A DNA stretch of 64,000 bases from Methanotrichaceae archaeon (GTDB taxonomy: Archaea > Halobacteriota > Methanosarcinia > Methanotrichales > Methanotrichaceae): contig CAWDLW010000023.1 of assembly GCA_963803145.1 (NCBI GenBank), positions 147,953 to 211,952 on the forward strand, read 5' to 3'. The notes beneath the pieces are model-generated. The model searched no databases. It was not told where the DNA came from and was given only the letters and a program-made list of their open reading frames with translations. This document shows, in pieces, positions 40,777 through 51,913 of this stretch; within the stretch, counting starts at the first letter, position 1; every line of letters begins with the position of its first letter. The translations under genes and the position numbers were made by a program.

Positions 40777-43764
40777 ATGGCTAAATCTAACGAAGAGCTT
40801 GTAGCTGAGAACGAAGAGCTGCGTAGAAATTTAGATGAATCTCAAGAGCTTCTGCGAGCCATAACAGGTGGTGAGGTAGATGCTCTGGTCGTCTCTGGAT
40901 CGCAAGGTGAGCAGGTTTTCACTCTCGAAGGGGCAGATCGCGCCTACCGTATTCTCATTGAGGCCATGAACGATGGCGCAGTCACCATGACCTCAGACGG
41001 AACTATTCTCTACTGCAACCGCCATTTTGCAGATATGACGAAGTCGCCTCTGGAAAAAGTGATAGGCTCATCCATCTACCGTTTCATCCCACAGTCTGAT
41101 CAGGCATCATTCAGAGTTCTTCAGCAGGGCCTCGGCAGGGGTGAACTGACTCTTCAAGCTGAAGATGAAAGCATAATGCCTGTTTATATCTCCATTAATT
41201 CCATCCAGCTTTCAGAATCCCAGGAAGCTTTTTGCGTTGTTTTCACCGACCTGACAGAGCAGAAGCGAAAAGAAGAGATTGTTGCTGCAGAGAAGCTGGC
41301 TCGTTCCATCATCGAGCAGACGGCTGAGGCAGTCATAGTCTGCGATGAGAGAGGAAAGGTCATCCGTTTCAGCAATGCTGTACTCAGGATCTTGGGCTGT
41401 GATCCATCGCTCCAGAGTTTTGAGGACTTATTCGACCTGCGGATCCCGGTCGGCAAGAAGCTATATCCTATCTCGTCGGCTCTGGGAGGTGATGTTCTAC
41501 TGCAGGTCGAGGCAAGTCTTAAGCGAAGTGACGGCATGCTGTTTCACTTGCTCCTGAACGCCGGACCTCTGAAGAGTACGAATGGCAGGATCATAGGCTG
41601 CGTGATCACCCTTACGGACATCACCGAGCGTAAGCGGATGGAGGATGCCCTACAGGATAAGCAGGAAGAACTCGAAGTACAGGCCGAGGAACTTGTTGCC
41701 CAGAACGAAGAGCTGCGCGTCAATAACGACGACCTCTCAGAGACGACCAGAATGCTGCAAGAGAGCGAAGCGCGCTTTCGAGCAACCTTTGAGCAGGCAG
41801 CAGTCGGCATTGAAATGCTGAATCTTGATGGCCAATTCTTGCGAGGCAATGGAAGGCTGGGTGAACTACTGGGCTATAGCCAAAAGGAGCTACAGTGTCT
41901 CAACTTCGCCGATATCACCTACCCTGATGATCTTGTCCGAGAGCTGCCGTTGCTGGAAGACCTACTGGCCAGGCGAATCGGTCACTATACTATTGAGAAG
42001 CGTTACCTGCGCAAGGATGGCCAGGGCGTATGGGTGCGCGTTACATCATCGCTTGCTAATGTTAAAGAGCCATATCGGATCTCGGTTATCGAAGATATCA
42101 CAGAGCGCAAGCAAGCCGAGGAGGCGCTAGAGAGGCTACTGAAAGAAGTCGAGGCACAGCGTGCCAGGTTGCAGGCGATCCTCGACGCCCTGCCTGTTGG
42201 TGTAACGATCGCCGATGCTACAGGCAGCATCCTTGTGAACAACGATGCATTACGCAAGATTTGGGGCGGTAAGGCGCCGTTATCTAAGTGTGTTGAGGAA
42301 TATGCGGAATATAAGGGCTGGTGGGCAGATACTGGAAGGCCTATCAAACCTGAGGATTGGGGGCTGGCACGTGCCATTAAAAATAGCGAGACAAGCGTGG
42401 GCGAGGTCATAGATATACAGCGTTTCGATGGCACACGCGGCACAATACTCAGCTCGGCTGCCCCCGTCAAAGACGCCAGCGGGACCATCATCGGCGCCGT
42501 AGTCATCCAGCAGGACATCACAGAGCGCAAGCAGATGGAAGAGGAGCTGCAAAAAGCCCGTGATGAGCTGGAACAGAGGGTCACTGAGAGGACTGCAGAT
42601 CTGACAAAAGCCAAGGAAGCCGCCGAGGCTGCAGTCGAGGCCAAAGCTGCGTTCCTTGCGAATATGAGCCATGAGCTTAGGACACCCCTGAATGCAGTGA
42701 TTGGTTTCTCCAGCCTTCTCCTTGCTGATAATCTCACACCGGATCAGAAGGAGGACATTGAGAGAATCAGGAAGGGTGGTGAAGCTCTCCTATCAATCAT
42801 AAGCGATATCCTTGAATTTTCGAGAGCTGAAAAGGAGAAAGTAACACTAGAGCTTCAGCCTCTCAGCCTCAAGCGCTGCATCGAAGAATCTCTTGATATG
42901 GTTGCAGTGCAGGCCATCGATAAGGGCCTGAACCTGGCTTATACCGTCGCTTACGGCACACCGGATACAATCATTGGTGATCCTGGAATGCTTCGTCAGA
43001 TTTTGGCTAATTTGCTTTCCAACGCTGTCAAGTTTACCGATAAGGGGGATATATCAATATCCATTTCCTCCAAAATCATCGAGGGTAATGAGCGCCAGAT
43101 AACTTTTGTAGTCAAGGATACGGGCATCGGCATGCCCCATGATAAGATGGACAGGCTCTTCAAGCCCTTTACACAGCTTGAGTACACCCTAAGCCGTAAA
43201 CGTGATGGCGCAGGACTCGGACTCGCCATATCCAAGAAGCTCGTAGAACTTATGGGTGGAGAGATCTGGGCCAAAAGTGAGGAAGGCAGAGGTTCGACCT
43301 TCTGGTTCACTATTCCCGTAGAGACTCTCCCAGGAAAGCAATTGGACTTAGAGGAGAAGGATATAGCTGAGTATGAGAACCTCTCGAGCCAAAAGCCTCT
43401 GGCAATTCTTGTAGCCGAAGATAACCCTTCAAACCAGAAGGTACTCGTCGAGATGCTGAAACGCCTAGGCTATAGGCCCGATGCCGTGGCAGATGGCGTT
43501 GAGGTTCTGCAGGCCCTCCAAATCCGGTCATACGACCTGATCTTCATGGATATCAAGATGCCTGAGATGGATGGCCTTACCGCTGCCAGGGAGATACGAA
43601 AGCTCTGGCCTGAAAATGGTCCGAAGGTAGTGGCCATCACAGCTTTCGCAATGGATGGCGATCAAGAGAAGTGTCTTGAAGCAGGAATGGATGGATATAT
43701 CGCAAAGCCTGTGAAAGTGGATGATCTCGCAACGCTACTACGCAATATTAACCACACAGAATAA
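40777..43764 (+). CDS. multi-PAS hybrid histidine kinase/response regulator
   Basis: Four PAS-like units ending in D(I/L)TE(R/Q)K, SHELRTPL, NAVKFT, DTGIG, GAGLGL, receiver AEDN/FMDIKMP/KP. Confidence 0.95.
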   Translation: MAKSNEELVAENEELRRNLDESQELLRAITGGEVDALVVSGSQGEQVFTLEGADRAYRILIEAMNDGAVTMTSDGTILYCNRHFADMTKSPLEKVIGSSIYRFIPQSDQASFRVLQQGLGRGELTLQAEDESIMPVYISINSIQLSESQEAFCVVFTDLTEQKRKEEIVAAEKLARSIIEQTAEAVIVCDERGKVIRFSNAVLRILGCDPSLQSFEDLFDLRIPVGKKLYPISSALGGDVLLQVEASLKRSDGMLFHLLLNAGPLKSTNGRIIGCVITLTDITERKRMEDALQDKQEELEVQAEELVAQNEELRVNNDDLSETTRMLQESEARFRATFEQAAVGIEMLNLDGQFLRGNGRLGELLGYSQKELQCLNFADITYPDDLVRELPLLEDLLARRIGHYTIEKRYLRKDGQGVWVRVTSSLANVKEPYRISVIEDITERKQAEEALERLLKEVEAQRARLQAILDALPVGVTIADATGSILVNNDALRKIWGGKAPLSKCVEEYAEYKGWWADTGRPIKPEDWGLARAIKNSETSVGEVIDIQRFDGTRGTILSSAAPVKDASGTIIGAVVIQQDITERKQMEEELQKARDELEQRVTERTADLTKAKEAAEAAVEAKAAFLANMSHELRTPLNAVIGFSSLLLADNLTPDQKEDIERIRKGGEALLSIISDILEFSRAEKEKVTLELQPLSLKRCIEESLDMVAVQAIDKGLNLAYTVAYGTPDTIIGDPGMLRQILANLLSNAVKFTDKGDISISISSKIIEGNERQITFVVKDTGIGMPHDKMDRLFKPFTQLEYTLSRKRDGAGLGLAISKKLVELMGGEIWAKSEEGRGSTFWFTIPVETLPGKQLDLEEKDIAEYENLSSQKPLAILVAEDNPSNQKVLVEMLKRLGYRPDAVADGVEVLQALQIRSYDLIFMDIKMPEMDGLTAAREIRKLWPENGPKVVAITAFAMDGDQEKCLEAGMDGYIAKPVKVDDLATLLRNINHTE

Positions 43765-43818
43765 AATTTATAAGATAAAATTAGCATCATCCTTTTGGAT
43801 GCTCCTTGAATCCTATAT

Positions 43819-43932
43819 GCTGAGAAAGCCAAGAAGCATTCAAGCGATGCATTCTATGCGCTCGATGATCCTCTAGAGGAGGCTGTGTTTTCGGTGCTGG
43901 TGGAGATTACAAAGCTAGTACTAGCTGAATAA
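43819..43932 (+). pseudogene. second fragment of the MGRSFES/PolB2-associated-like small protein
   Basis: AEKAKKHSSDAFYALDDPLEEAVFSVLVEITK aligns with 2790-2880 (-); no start codon. Confidence 0.7.
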
Positions 43933-43999
43933 ACTTAGCTGAAGGGTAACTTATAGATAATAAAACATAATAAATCTTCCAGTTAGTGCCGGTGTAGAA

Positions 44000-46900
44000 A
44001 TGGCGATTGATAACCTCTCTCAAAAGATCTCTGAGCTTTCACAGCGATTAGAGGAGCTCCAGGCAAAGTGCGTGAACAATCCGGAATATGCGCCCGAAGT
44101 CCTAGCCGATGCATTAGAGAGTCTTCAGGCCAGCCTTGAGGAGCTATCTGCGGCAGATGAGGAGCTTATGCAGCAGAACGATGAACTAATGCAGATTCAG
44201 TTGGCGTTGCAAAAGAGTGCAGAAAAGTTCAGACTAGTTGCTGATTTCACCTATGATTGGGAAACTTGGATAGACCCTAAGGGGAACTATGTTTATGTTT
44301 CGCCTTCCTGCGAGCGAATAACCGGATATTATGCCGAAGAATTCATAGAGAATCACTCTCTTTCCATAGACATAATACATCCAGATGATAAGGAAGCTTT
44401 TAAACAGCATCAAAATGTCCATTTCGATGAACAGACTGATAGCGCGCAAATCGATTATCGTATTATAACAACGAAAGGAGAGATCCGTTGGATCAGTCAT
44501 ATCTGCCAACCGGTATTCGGAAGGAATGGGGAATGGCTTGGAAGTAGGGCAAGTAACAGGGACATCACTGAGCGCAAGCAGGCAGAGGAGGCGTTACATG
44601 CTAACGAGAAACGGCTGCAGGCAGTTCTCGCTGGCATGACCGATGCCTACTATTTCTATGATCGTGAGTGGCGGTTCGTCGATATCAACCCACGCGCGGT
44701 GGAATACTTCGGTCGACCGCGGGAGGAGCTACTAGGGCGCAATGTCTGGGAACTCTATCCTCATACAGTAGGCGGCAAACCCTGGACTGAATACCATCGT
44801 GCTATGGCTGAGGGTGTGCCAGTCCATTTTGAGACACAGTCGGGCGTCAGTCCACGCTTTTTCGAAGTACATGCCTATCCGGAGCCGGAAGGATTGGCAG
44901 TCTACCTGCGGGACATCACCGAGCGCAAGCGAATGGAGGGAGCTTTACAGGAAAAGCAGGAAGAGCTTGAGGTACAGGCCGAGGAACTTGAAGCCCAGAA
45001 CGAAGAGCTGCGCATCAATAATGAAGACCTAGCAGAGACAACCAAATTGCTGCAAGAGAGCGAAGCGCGCTTTAGAGCAACCTATGAGCAGGCAGCAGTC
45101 GGCATTGAAATGTTGAACCTCGATGGCCGATTCTTGCGAGGCAACGCAATGCTAAGTGAGATCCTGGGCTACAGCCAAAAGGAGCTACAGTGTCTCAACT
45201 TCGCCGATATCACCTATCCTGATGATCTGGTCCGAGAGCTGCCGTTGCTGGAAGACCTACTGGCCAGACAAATCGGCCACTACACTATTGAGAAGCGTTA
45301 CCTTCGTAAAGATGGCCAGGATGTATGGGTGCGCGTTACCTCATCGCTTGCTAACGTTCAAGAGCCCTACCGGATCTCGATTATCGAAGACATCACTGAG
45401 CGCAAGAAGGTCGAGGAAGCGTTGCGTACGAGCGACGCACGGCTGAATAAGGCCATAGAAACCGTCCGAGAAGGCGTGATCATCGCAACTGAGGCGGAAG
45501 ATGTCATTTATTGGAATCCAGCGGCACAGGCGTTGCATGGCTTTACCAGGCCCCGTGAGGGTATCGAGCCATTGAGTGATACTCCGAAGACGTTCGATTT
45601 GATTTATCCTGATACTGGCTTAGTGCTGCCGCTGGAGGATTGGCCTATGAAGCGCATTAAGAGGGGCGAAAAAGTGAGCAACTTAGAACTTCTCCTGCGC
45701 CGCCCAGACCAGGGCTGGGTAAAATACGTCTCCTATTCCGGCACGATGGTAGAAACGTCGAACGCTGAACACCTGATCTTTCTGACTGTATATGACATAA
45801 CTGAACGCAAGCAGATGGAAGAGGGGCTACGAAAGTCTAGGGATGAGCTTGAGCAAAGGGTCCAGGAGAGGACCTCTGAGCTATCCGATGCAAAAGAGAA
45901 CCTCGAAGTGATCAACGAAGAGCTTCAAGTGGAGATCTCAGAGCATGAGAAGACAGAGAAAGATCTGTTAAACGCCAAAGAAGCAGCAGAGGCAGCAGTT
46001 GAGGCTAAGGCAGCTTTTCTGGCTAACATGTCACATGAACTCAGAACGCCCCTGAACGCTGTTTTGGGCTTCTCCAGTCTTCTCATGGAGGATAATCTCA
46101 CAGAAGACCAGAAAGAATATGTCGAGAGAATCAGGATTGGCGGCGAATCTCTTCTGGCCCTAATCGGCGATGTCCTGGAGTTTTCCAGGGCAGAAAAGGA
46201 GAGAATAAAGCTGGAACATCAGCCTCTCAGCCTCAAGGTTTCCATTGAGGAATCGCTGGACATGGTGGCAGTGCAGGCTGATAAGAAGGGCCTAAAACTT
46301 GCTTATACCATCAACTACGGAACCCCAGATACTATCATCGGTGATCCTGGAAGGCTTCGACAGATTCTAGTCAATCTGCTTTCCAATGCTGTCAAGTTCA
46401 CAGATGAAGGAGAAATATCAGTATCTGTCTCCTCCAAAGTCATTGAAGGCAACAAGCGCCGGATAACATTTGCAGTCAGTGATACAGGCATAGGTATGCC
46501 CCTGGATAAGATGGACAGGCTCTTCCAGCCATTTACACAGCTTGAGTACACCCTGAGCCGCAAGCGTGATGGCGCTGGACTTGGACTCGCCATTTGCAAG
46601 GAGCTTGTCGAGCTTATGGGCGGTGAGATTTGGGCTGAAAGCGAGGAAGGCAAGGGCTCTACATTCAGATTCACCATTCAGGCAGAGACTATTTCAGGAA
46701 AGCAATTAGATTTAGGTGAGAAGAATAAAGCTGCCATATACGAGAACCTCTCAGCTAAAAAGCCCTTGAGCATCTTGGTGGCTGAAGACAACCCTTCAAA
46801 CCAGAAAGTGCTTGTCGAGATGCTGAAACGTCTGGGCTATAGGGCTGATGCGGTTGCTGATGGGTGTGAGGTTCTGCAAGCCCTTCAAATCCGGCCATAC

Positions 46901-47149
46901 GATCTGATATTCATGGATATACAGATGCCAGAATTGGATGGAATCACGGCCACAAAGGAGATACGAAAGATATGGCCTGAAAACGGCCCTAAAGTAGTGG
47001 CCATCACTGCCTTTGCCATGGATGGGGATCAGGAGAAATGTCTTGAAGCTGGCATGGATGGTTACATCGCAAAGCCTGTGAAAGTGGATGATCTTGCGAC
47101 GCTACTACGCAATATTACCCCCCCCCCAAGAATAAAATTTAGAAGATAA
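44000..47149 (+). CDS. multi-PAS hybrid histidine kinase/response regulator
   Basis: N-terminal coiled coil, four PAS units, SHELRTPL, HATPase, receiver FMDIQMP. Confidence 0.95.
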   Translation: MAIDNLSQKISELSQRLEELQAKCVNNPEYAPEVLADALESLQASLEELSAADEELMQQNDELMQIQLALQKSAEKFRLVADFTYDWETWIDPKGNYVYVSPSCERITGYYAEEFIENHSLSIDIIHPDDKEAFKQHQNVHFDEQTDSAQIDYRIITTKGEIRWISHICQPVFGRNGEWLGSRASNRDITERKQAEEALHANEKRLQAVLAGMTDAYYFYDREWRFVDINPRAVEYFGRPREELLGRNVWELYPHTVGGKPWTEYHRAMAEGVPVHFETQSGVSPRFFEVHAYPEPEGLAVYLRDITERKRMEGALQEKQEELEVQAEELEAQNEELRINNEDLAETTKLLQESEARFRATYEQAAVGIEMLNLDGRFLRGNAMLSEILGYSQKELQCLNFADITYPDDLVRELPLLEDLLARQIGHYTIEKRYLRKDGQDVWVRVTSSLANVQEPYRISIIEDITERKKVEEALRTSDARLNKAIETVREGVIIATEAEDVIYWNPAAQALHGFTRPREGIEPLSDTPKTFDLIYPDTGLVLPLEDWPMKRIKRGEKVSNLELLLRRPDQGWVKYVSYSGTMVETSNAEHLIFLTVYDITERKQMEEGLRKSRDELEQRVQERTSELSDAKENLEVINEELQVEISEHEKTEKDLLNAKEAAEAAVEAKAAFLANMSHELRTPLNAVLGFSSLLMEDNLTEDQKEYVERIRIGGESLLALIGDVLEFSRAEKERIKLEHQPLSLKVSIEESLDMVAVQADKKGLKLAYTINYGTPDTIIGDPGRLRQILVNLLSNAVKFTDEGEISVSVSSKVIEGNKRRITFAVSDTGIGMPLDKMDRLFQPFTQLEYTLSRKRDGAGLGLAICKELVELMGGEIWAESEEGKGSTFRFTIQAETISGKQLDLGEKNKAAIYENLSAKKPLSILVAEDNPSNQKVLVEMLKRLGYRADAVADGCEVLQALQIRPYDLIFMDIQMPELDGITATKEIRKIWPENGPKVVAITAFAMDGDQEKCLEAGMDGYIAKPVKVDDLATLLRNITPPPRIKFRR

Positions 47150-47354
47150 AAATGCTTGAAATTCAAAAAATCATGCTGCCATTTGGCATAGAAATAAGCT
47201 ACATCGTAAGGAGTGCCTGCATGTGGGGAAGTGGAACCAAAGAGGCATGCATATGGGTTCGATGATCGGGTATTATGGAAGGATGAATAACTGCAAGATC
47301 GACAGAAAAGTTAAAAGGGAGAAGAACAATCCAGCAGACAGGAGTTGACGTAAT

Positions 47355-47537
47355 ATGGCTGATTGCGATCTTTGTACCCGCGCTAGACCAACGCTCTTTC
47401 CCATAAAGGCCCCCGTCCATAGAATGGCCTGGCCTGAGGGAGCATACAAGGGCGTCTGCGATATATGTCTCGGAAACCTGGAAAAGGCCTGGCAGCAGCG
47501 CTTCGGTCCAAAGCCTGAGGCTGAGGCAAAGAAGTAA
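47355..47537 (+). CDS. fpoO: short FpoO-like protein (F420H2 dehydrogenase subunit O family)
   Basis: DCDLC...PT..P...PEG.(Y/W)KG.C..CL pattern; GGAG upstream; hairpin plus T-rich tract downstream. Confidence 0.75.
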   Translation: MADCDLCTRARPTLFPIKAPVHRMAWPEGAYKGVCDICLGNLEKAWQQRFGPKPEAEAKK

Positions 47538-47612
47538 TAATATCCAGGTTCATCTAATTTAGCCCAGGGTATCATCCCTGTTCGTTTTTCTCAATTCTCA
47601 GTTGGTGGTGCC

Positions 47613-47984
47613 GTGAGGTTACAGAAGGAAGAGAAGATAGCAGTGGTGCTGCTCCTGATGGCCCTTAGTTCTCTCACAATAGCCGCTTGGGCTATCGGCA
47701 GCCTTGATCAGAGCGCGACTACAAACGCCAATTCAGAGGTTTCTGTTGAAGGAAAGGTCCTTGAACTTAATCCAACAAAAAGCGGAGGGAACGTCATCCT
47801 CCAGCTTGACTCTACTCCTACGGCGATCTTCATCTCCCAAAATTCCGGAGCTAAAGAGATAATGGGCAAAGTTAAGATCGGAGATAGTATCAGAGTGAAG
47901 GGCAGGCAGGCAGATTTTCAAGGGTCCAAGGAGATAACAGTTAATAAGGCTACGGATGTTGAAGTGTTAGACGCCAGTGGATAA
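47613..47984 (+). CDS. membrane-anchored OB-fold protein
   Basis: N-terminal TM; VEGKV...GDSIRVKG...EI pattern. Confidence 0.7.
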   Translation: MRLQKEEKIAVVLLLMALSSLTIAAWAIGSLDQSATTNANSEVSVEGKVLELNPTKSGGNVILQLDSTPTAIFISQNSGAKEIMGKVKIGDSIRVKGRQADFQGSKEITVNKATDVEVLDASG

Positions 47985-48052
47985 AGATGCCACAAGCTAT
48001 CTTTTCTGACGGCATCATTTATAAATTTCATTGATGTGTTTTTGGTTATAGG

Positions 48053-49282
48053 ATGAAAAATCTTAAGGCTGTAATCTTCGGCGGAACGGGAAAGATAGGC
48101 TCTGCAATCGGCTGGGATCTGGCCAAGGACGAGGGAATCGAGTGTGTTGGCATTGCAGGCCGGAATCATGAAACACTCGAGAGAACACGCGCGTGGGCTA
48201 AAAGCGATAAAATCTTGCCGTGCGTTCTCGACATAAACGATGTCGACGCCGTGCGCAGGCTGATGGACCGATATGATGTCGGCGTGATAGCTCTGCCAGA
48301 TAGAAAAACCAGCTATCGAACAATAGATGCTGCCATAGATTCCGGCCTCAACGTTGTCGATGTTCTTGAGGAGTACCACAGAAGGCCGGAACCTTATGAA
48401 ACAGAAGGGCTGGAAATCCCGCAGGAGATGAGCTCGGATGACTATGGAGAATTACTTCATAAAAAGGCAATCGATAATGGTGTGACCCTTCTGGATGGAA
48501 TGGGCTTTGCACCTGGTCTCGCCAATATCACCCTTGGAGAAGGGATCAGGAAAGTGAATGCAGACTCTGCAGTTGCACGTGTAGGCGGGATACCCTCAAA
48601 GAAATCGGCAGAGCATCATCCTCTGAAGTACATGATCACCTGGTCATTCAGCCATGTTCTTCGAGAGTATATGGTCAAGGTCAGAGTAATTCGAAATGGA
48701 GAGGTTAAGGAAGTGGATGCAACATCAGGCCGCGAATGCTTCAGATTCAAAGAGTTCGGCAAAAATGAGGAGCTGGAGTGTGCCATAACACCTGGAATGC
48801 CGAGCTTTCTCTATACCAGAAGAGATCTCAAAAGCTTCTCAGAGAAGACCATAAGGTGGCCTGGCCACTGGCAGGCGATAGATACCCTGAAAGATTGTGG
48901 ATTGCTTGATCTGATTCCGATTGAGGTTAATGGAAGACTGATCCGGCCAAGGGACTTCTTCTTATCTCTTATAGAGCCGAAGCTCAGGCCTCTGCCGGGC
49001 GATGAGGATGTATGCGTGATGTGGAACACCGCTTCTGGAAAGGATGGCAGAGCGGATTATTATATGTGGGCAGAGGCAGACACTGAGAAGGGAATATCCG
49101 CGATGGCCAGGGTCACTGGCTTTTCTGCTGCAATCGGAGCCAGGATGGTTGGGAGTGGCGAGATCCCCGAGAAGGGCATAGTGCCGCCTGAGGATGCGAT
49201 CTCGGGAGAGTTCTACCGAAATTTCTTGGAAGAGCTTGCGAAGAGAAATATAACAGTAGTAGAATCGGTAGTAGAACAATAG
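48053..49282 (+). CDS. saccharopine dehydrogenase / lysine 6-dehydrogenase family
   Basis: GGTGKIG, GFAPGLAN, VGGIP, ITWS, EKTIRWPGH, SAMARVTG. Confidence 0.85.
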   Translation: MKNLKAVIFGGTGKIGSAIGWDLAKDEGIECVGIAGRNHETLERTRAWAKSDKILPCVLDINDVDAVRRLMDRYDVGVIALPDRKTSYRTIDAAIDSGLNVVDVLEEYHRRPEPYETEGLEIPQEMSSDDYGELLHKKAIDNGVTLLDGMGFAPGLANITLGEGIRKVNADSAVARVGGIPSKKSAEHHPLKYMITWSFSHVLREYMVKVRVIRNGEVKEVDATSGRECFRFKEFGKNEELECAITPGMPSFLYTRRDLKSFSEKTIRWPGHWQAIDTLKDCGLLDLIPIEVNGRLIRPRDFFLSLIEPKLRPLPGDEDVCVMWNTASGKDGRADYYMWAEADTEKGISAMARVTGFSAAIGARMVGSGEIPEKGIVPPEDAISGEFYRNFLEELAKRNITVVESVVEQ

Positions 49283-49334
49283 TAGAATCTGTAGTAAAGC
49301 ATTAACATAAGCAATTGGCTTTGCAGGCTCAAAC

Positions 49335-51049
<1,715 letters not shown>

Positions 51050-51065
51050 ATAGGCATCGAAATCT

Positions 51066-51581
51066 ATGAGAGGGCTTTATATTGGGCGCTTCCAGCCATA
51101 CCACCTTGGCCATCAGGCAGTTATTCAGAAGATAGCTGAAGATGTGGATGAGATATTAATAGTAATAGGGAGCGCCCAGGAAAGCCATACACCAAAAAAT
51201 CCCTTCACTGCAGGCGAGCGGATGGATATGATCTATACAGCGCTTCAAGCTTTGAGGGAAAGATGTTATGTGATTCCGCTTCAGGACATAAAGCGTAATG
51301 CCGTCTGGGTCTCGCACTTAAAATCTATGGTCCCCAAGTTTGATTTGGTCTATTCCAACAATCCCCTAGTTGTTCAATTATTTACAGAGGCTGGTATAGA
51401 AGTCAGAGAATCTCCAATGTACAGCAGGAATGTATATTCAGGCACAGTTATACGGAAGTTGATGCTTGAAGGCGGAGATTGGAGAGCCCTTGTGCCAGCG
51501 CCTGTAGCCTCGCTTGTGGAGGATATTAAAGGCGTTGAACGGCTGGTGAATGTATCAAGAGATGATGCAGAAATTATTTAA
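51066..51581 (+). CDS. nadM: nicotinamide-nucleotide adenylyltransferase
   Basis: GRFQPYHLGH, GSAQESH...NPFTAGER, SGTVIR. Confidence 0.95.
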   Translation: MRGLYIGRFQPYHLGHQAVIQKIAEDVDEILIVIGSAQESHTPKNPFTAGERMDMIYTALQALRERCYVIPLQDIKRNAVWVSHLKSMVPKFDLVYSNNPLVVQLFTEAGIEVRESPMYSRNVYSGTVIRKLMLEGGDWRALVPAPVASLVEDIKGVERLVNVSRDDAEII

Positions 51582-51602
51582 AAATTTGAGATCTATTTCT
51601 TG

Positions 51603-51662
51603 CTGGAGTGGTTGCCTCAAGAGGAGATTGCAGGAGGTAGGTAACGGAAGGCAGCCACCCCT
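51603..51662 (-). ncRNA. candidate small RNA with anti-Shine-Dalgarno-like loop
   Basis: Minus-strand CGAAAAC-TATTTATT promoter (51685-51699); stem GGGGTGGCTGCCT/AGGCAACCACTCC; loop contains ACCTCCT and TCTCCTC. Confidence 0.45.
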
Positions 51663-51913
51663 AAAATAATGTCTTTAATATGCGAATAAATAGTTTTCGA
51701 TTGTTGGCCGAAGGCTTTATGAATACTTGAAATCCTCTGGATTCCAGTGTATGCGGCAGGAAACTTGAGCTAGACTATCGAGATAATTTTTAGTTCTATT
51801 TTTATTTCGATAAGAGTTAACTACAGCCAATCGAAAAGGTATTTAGGATTGAAGTCGTAGTTGCCGAAGCGATGCAATCACGGCAAAGTGAGTCTGAATT
51901 TTGCAGCAGCGAT

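Noticed and set aside
47210-47252. Third hairpin with C-rich loop on the minus strand
   Set aside because: Only a 5-6-bp stem and no convincing TATA box at the expected distance
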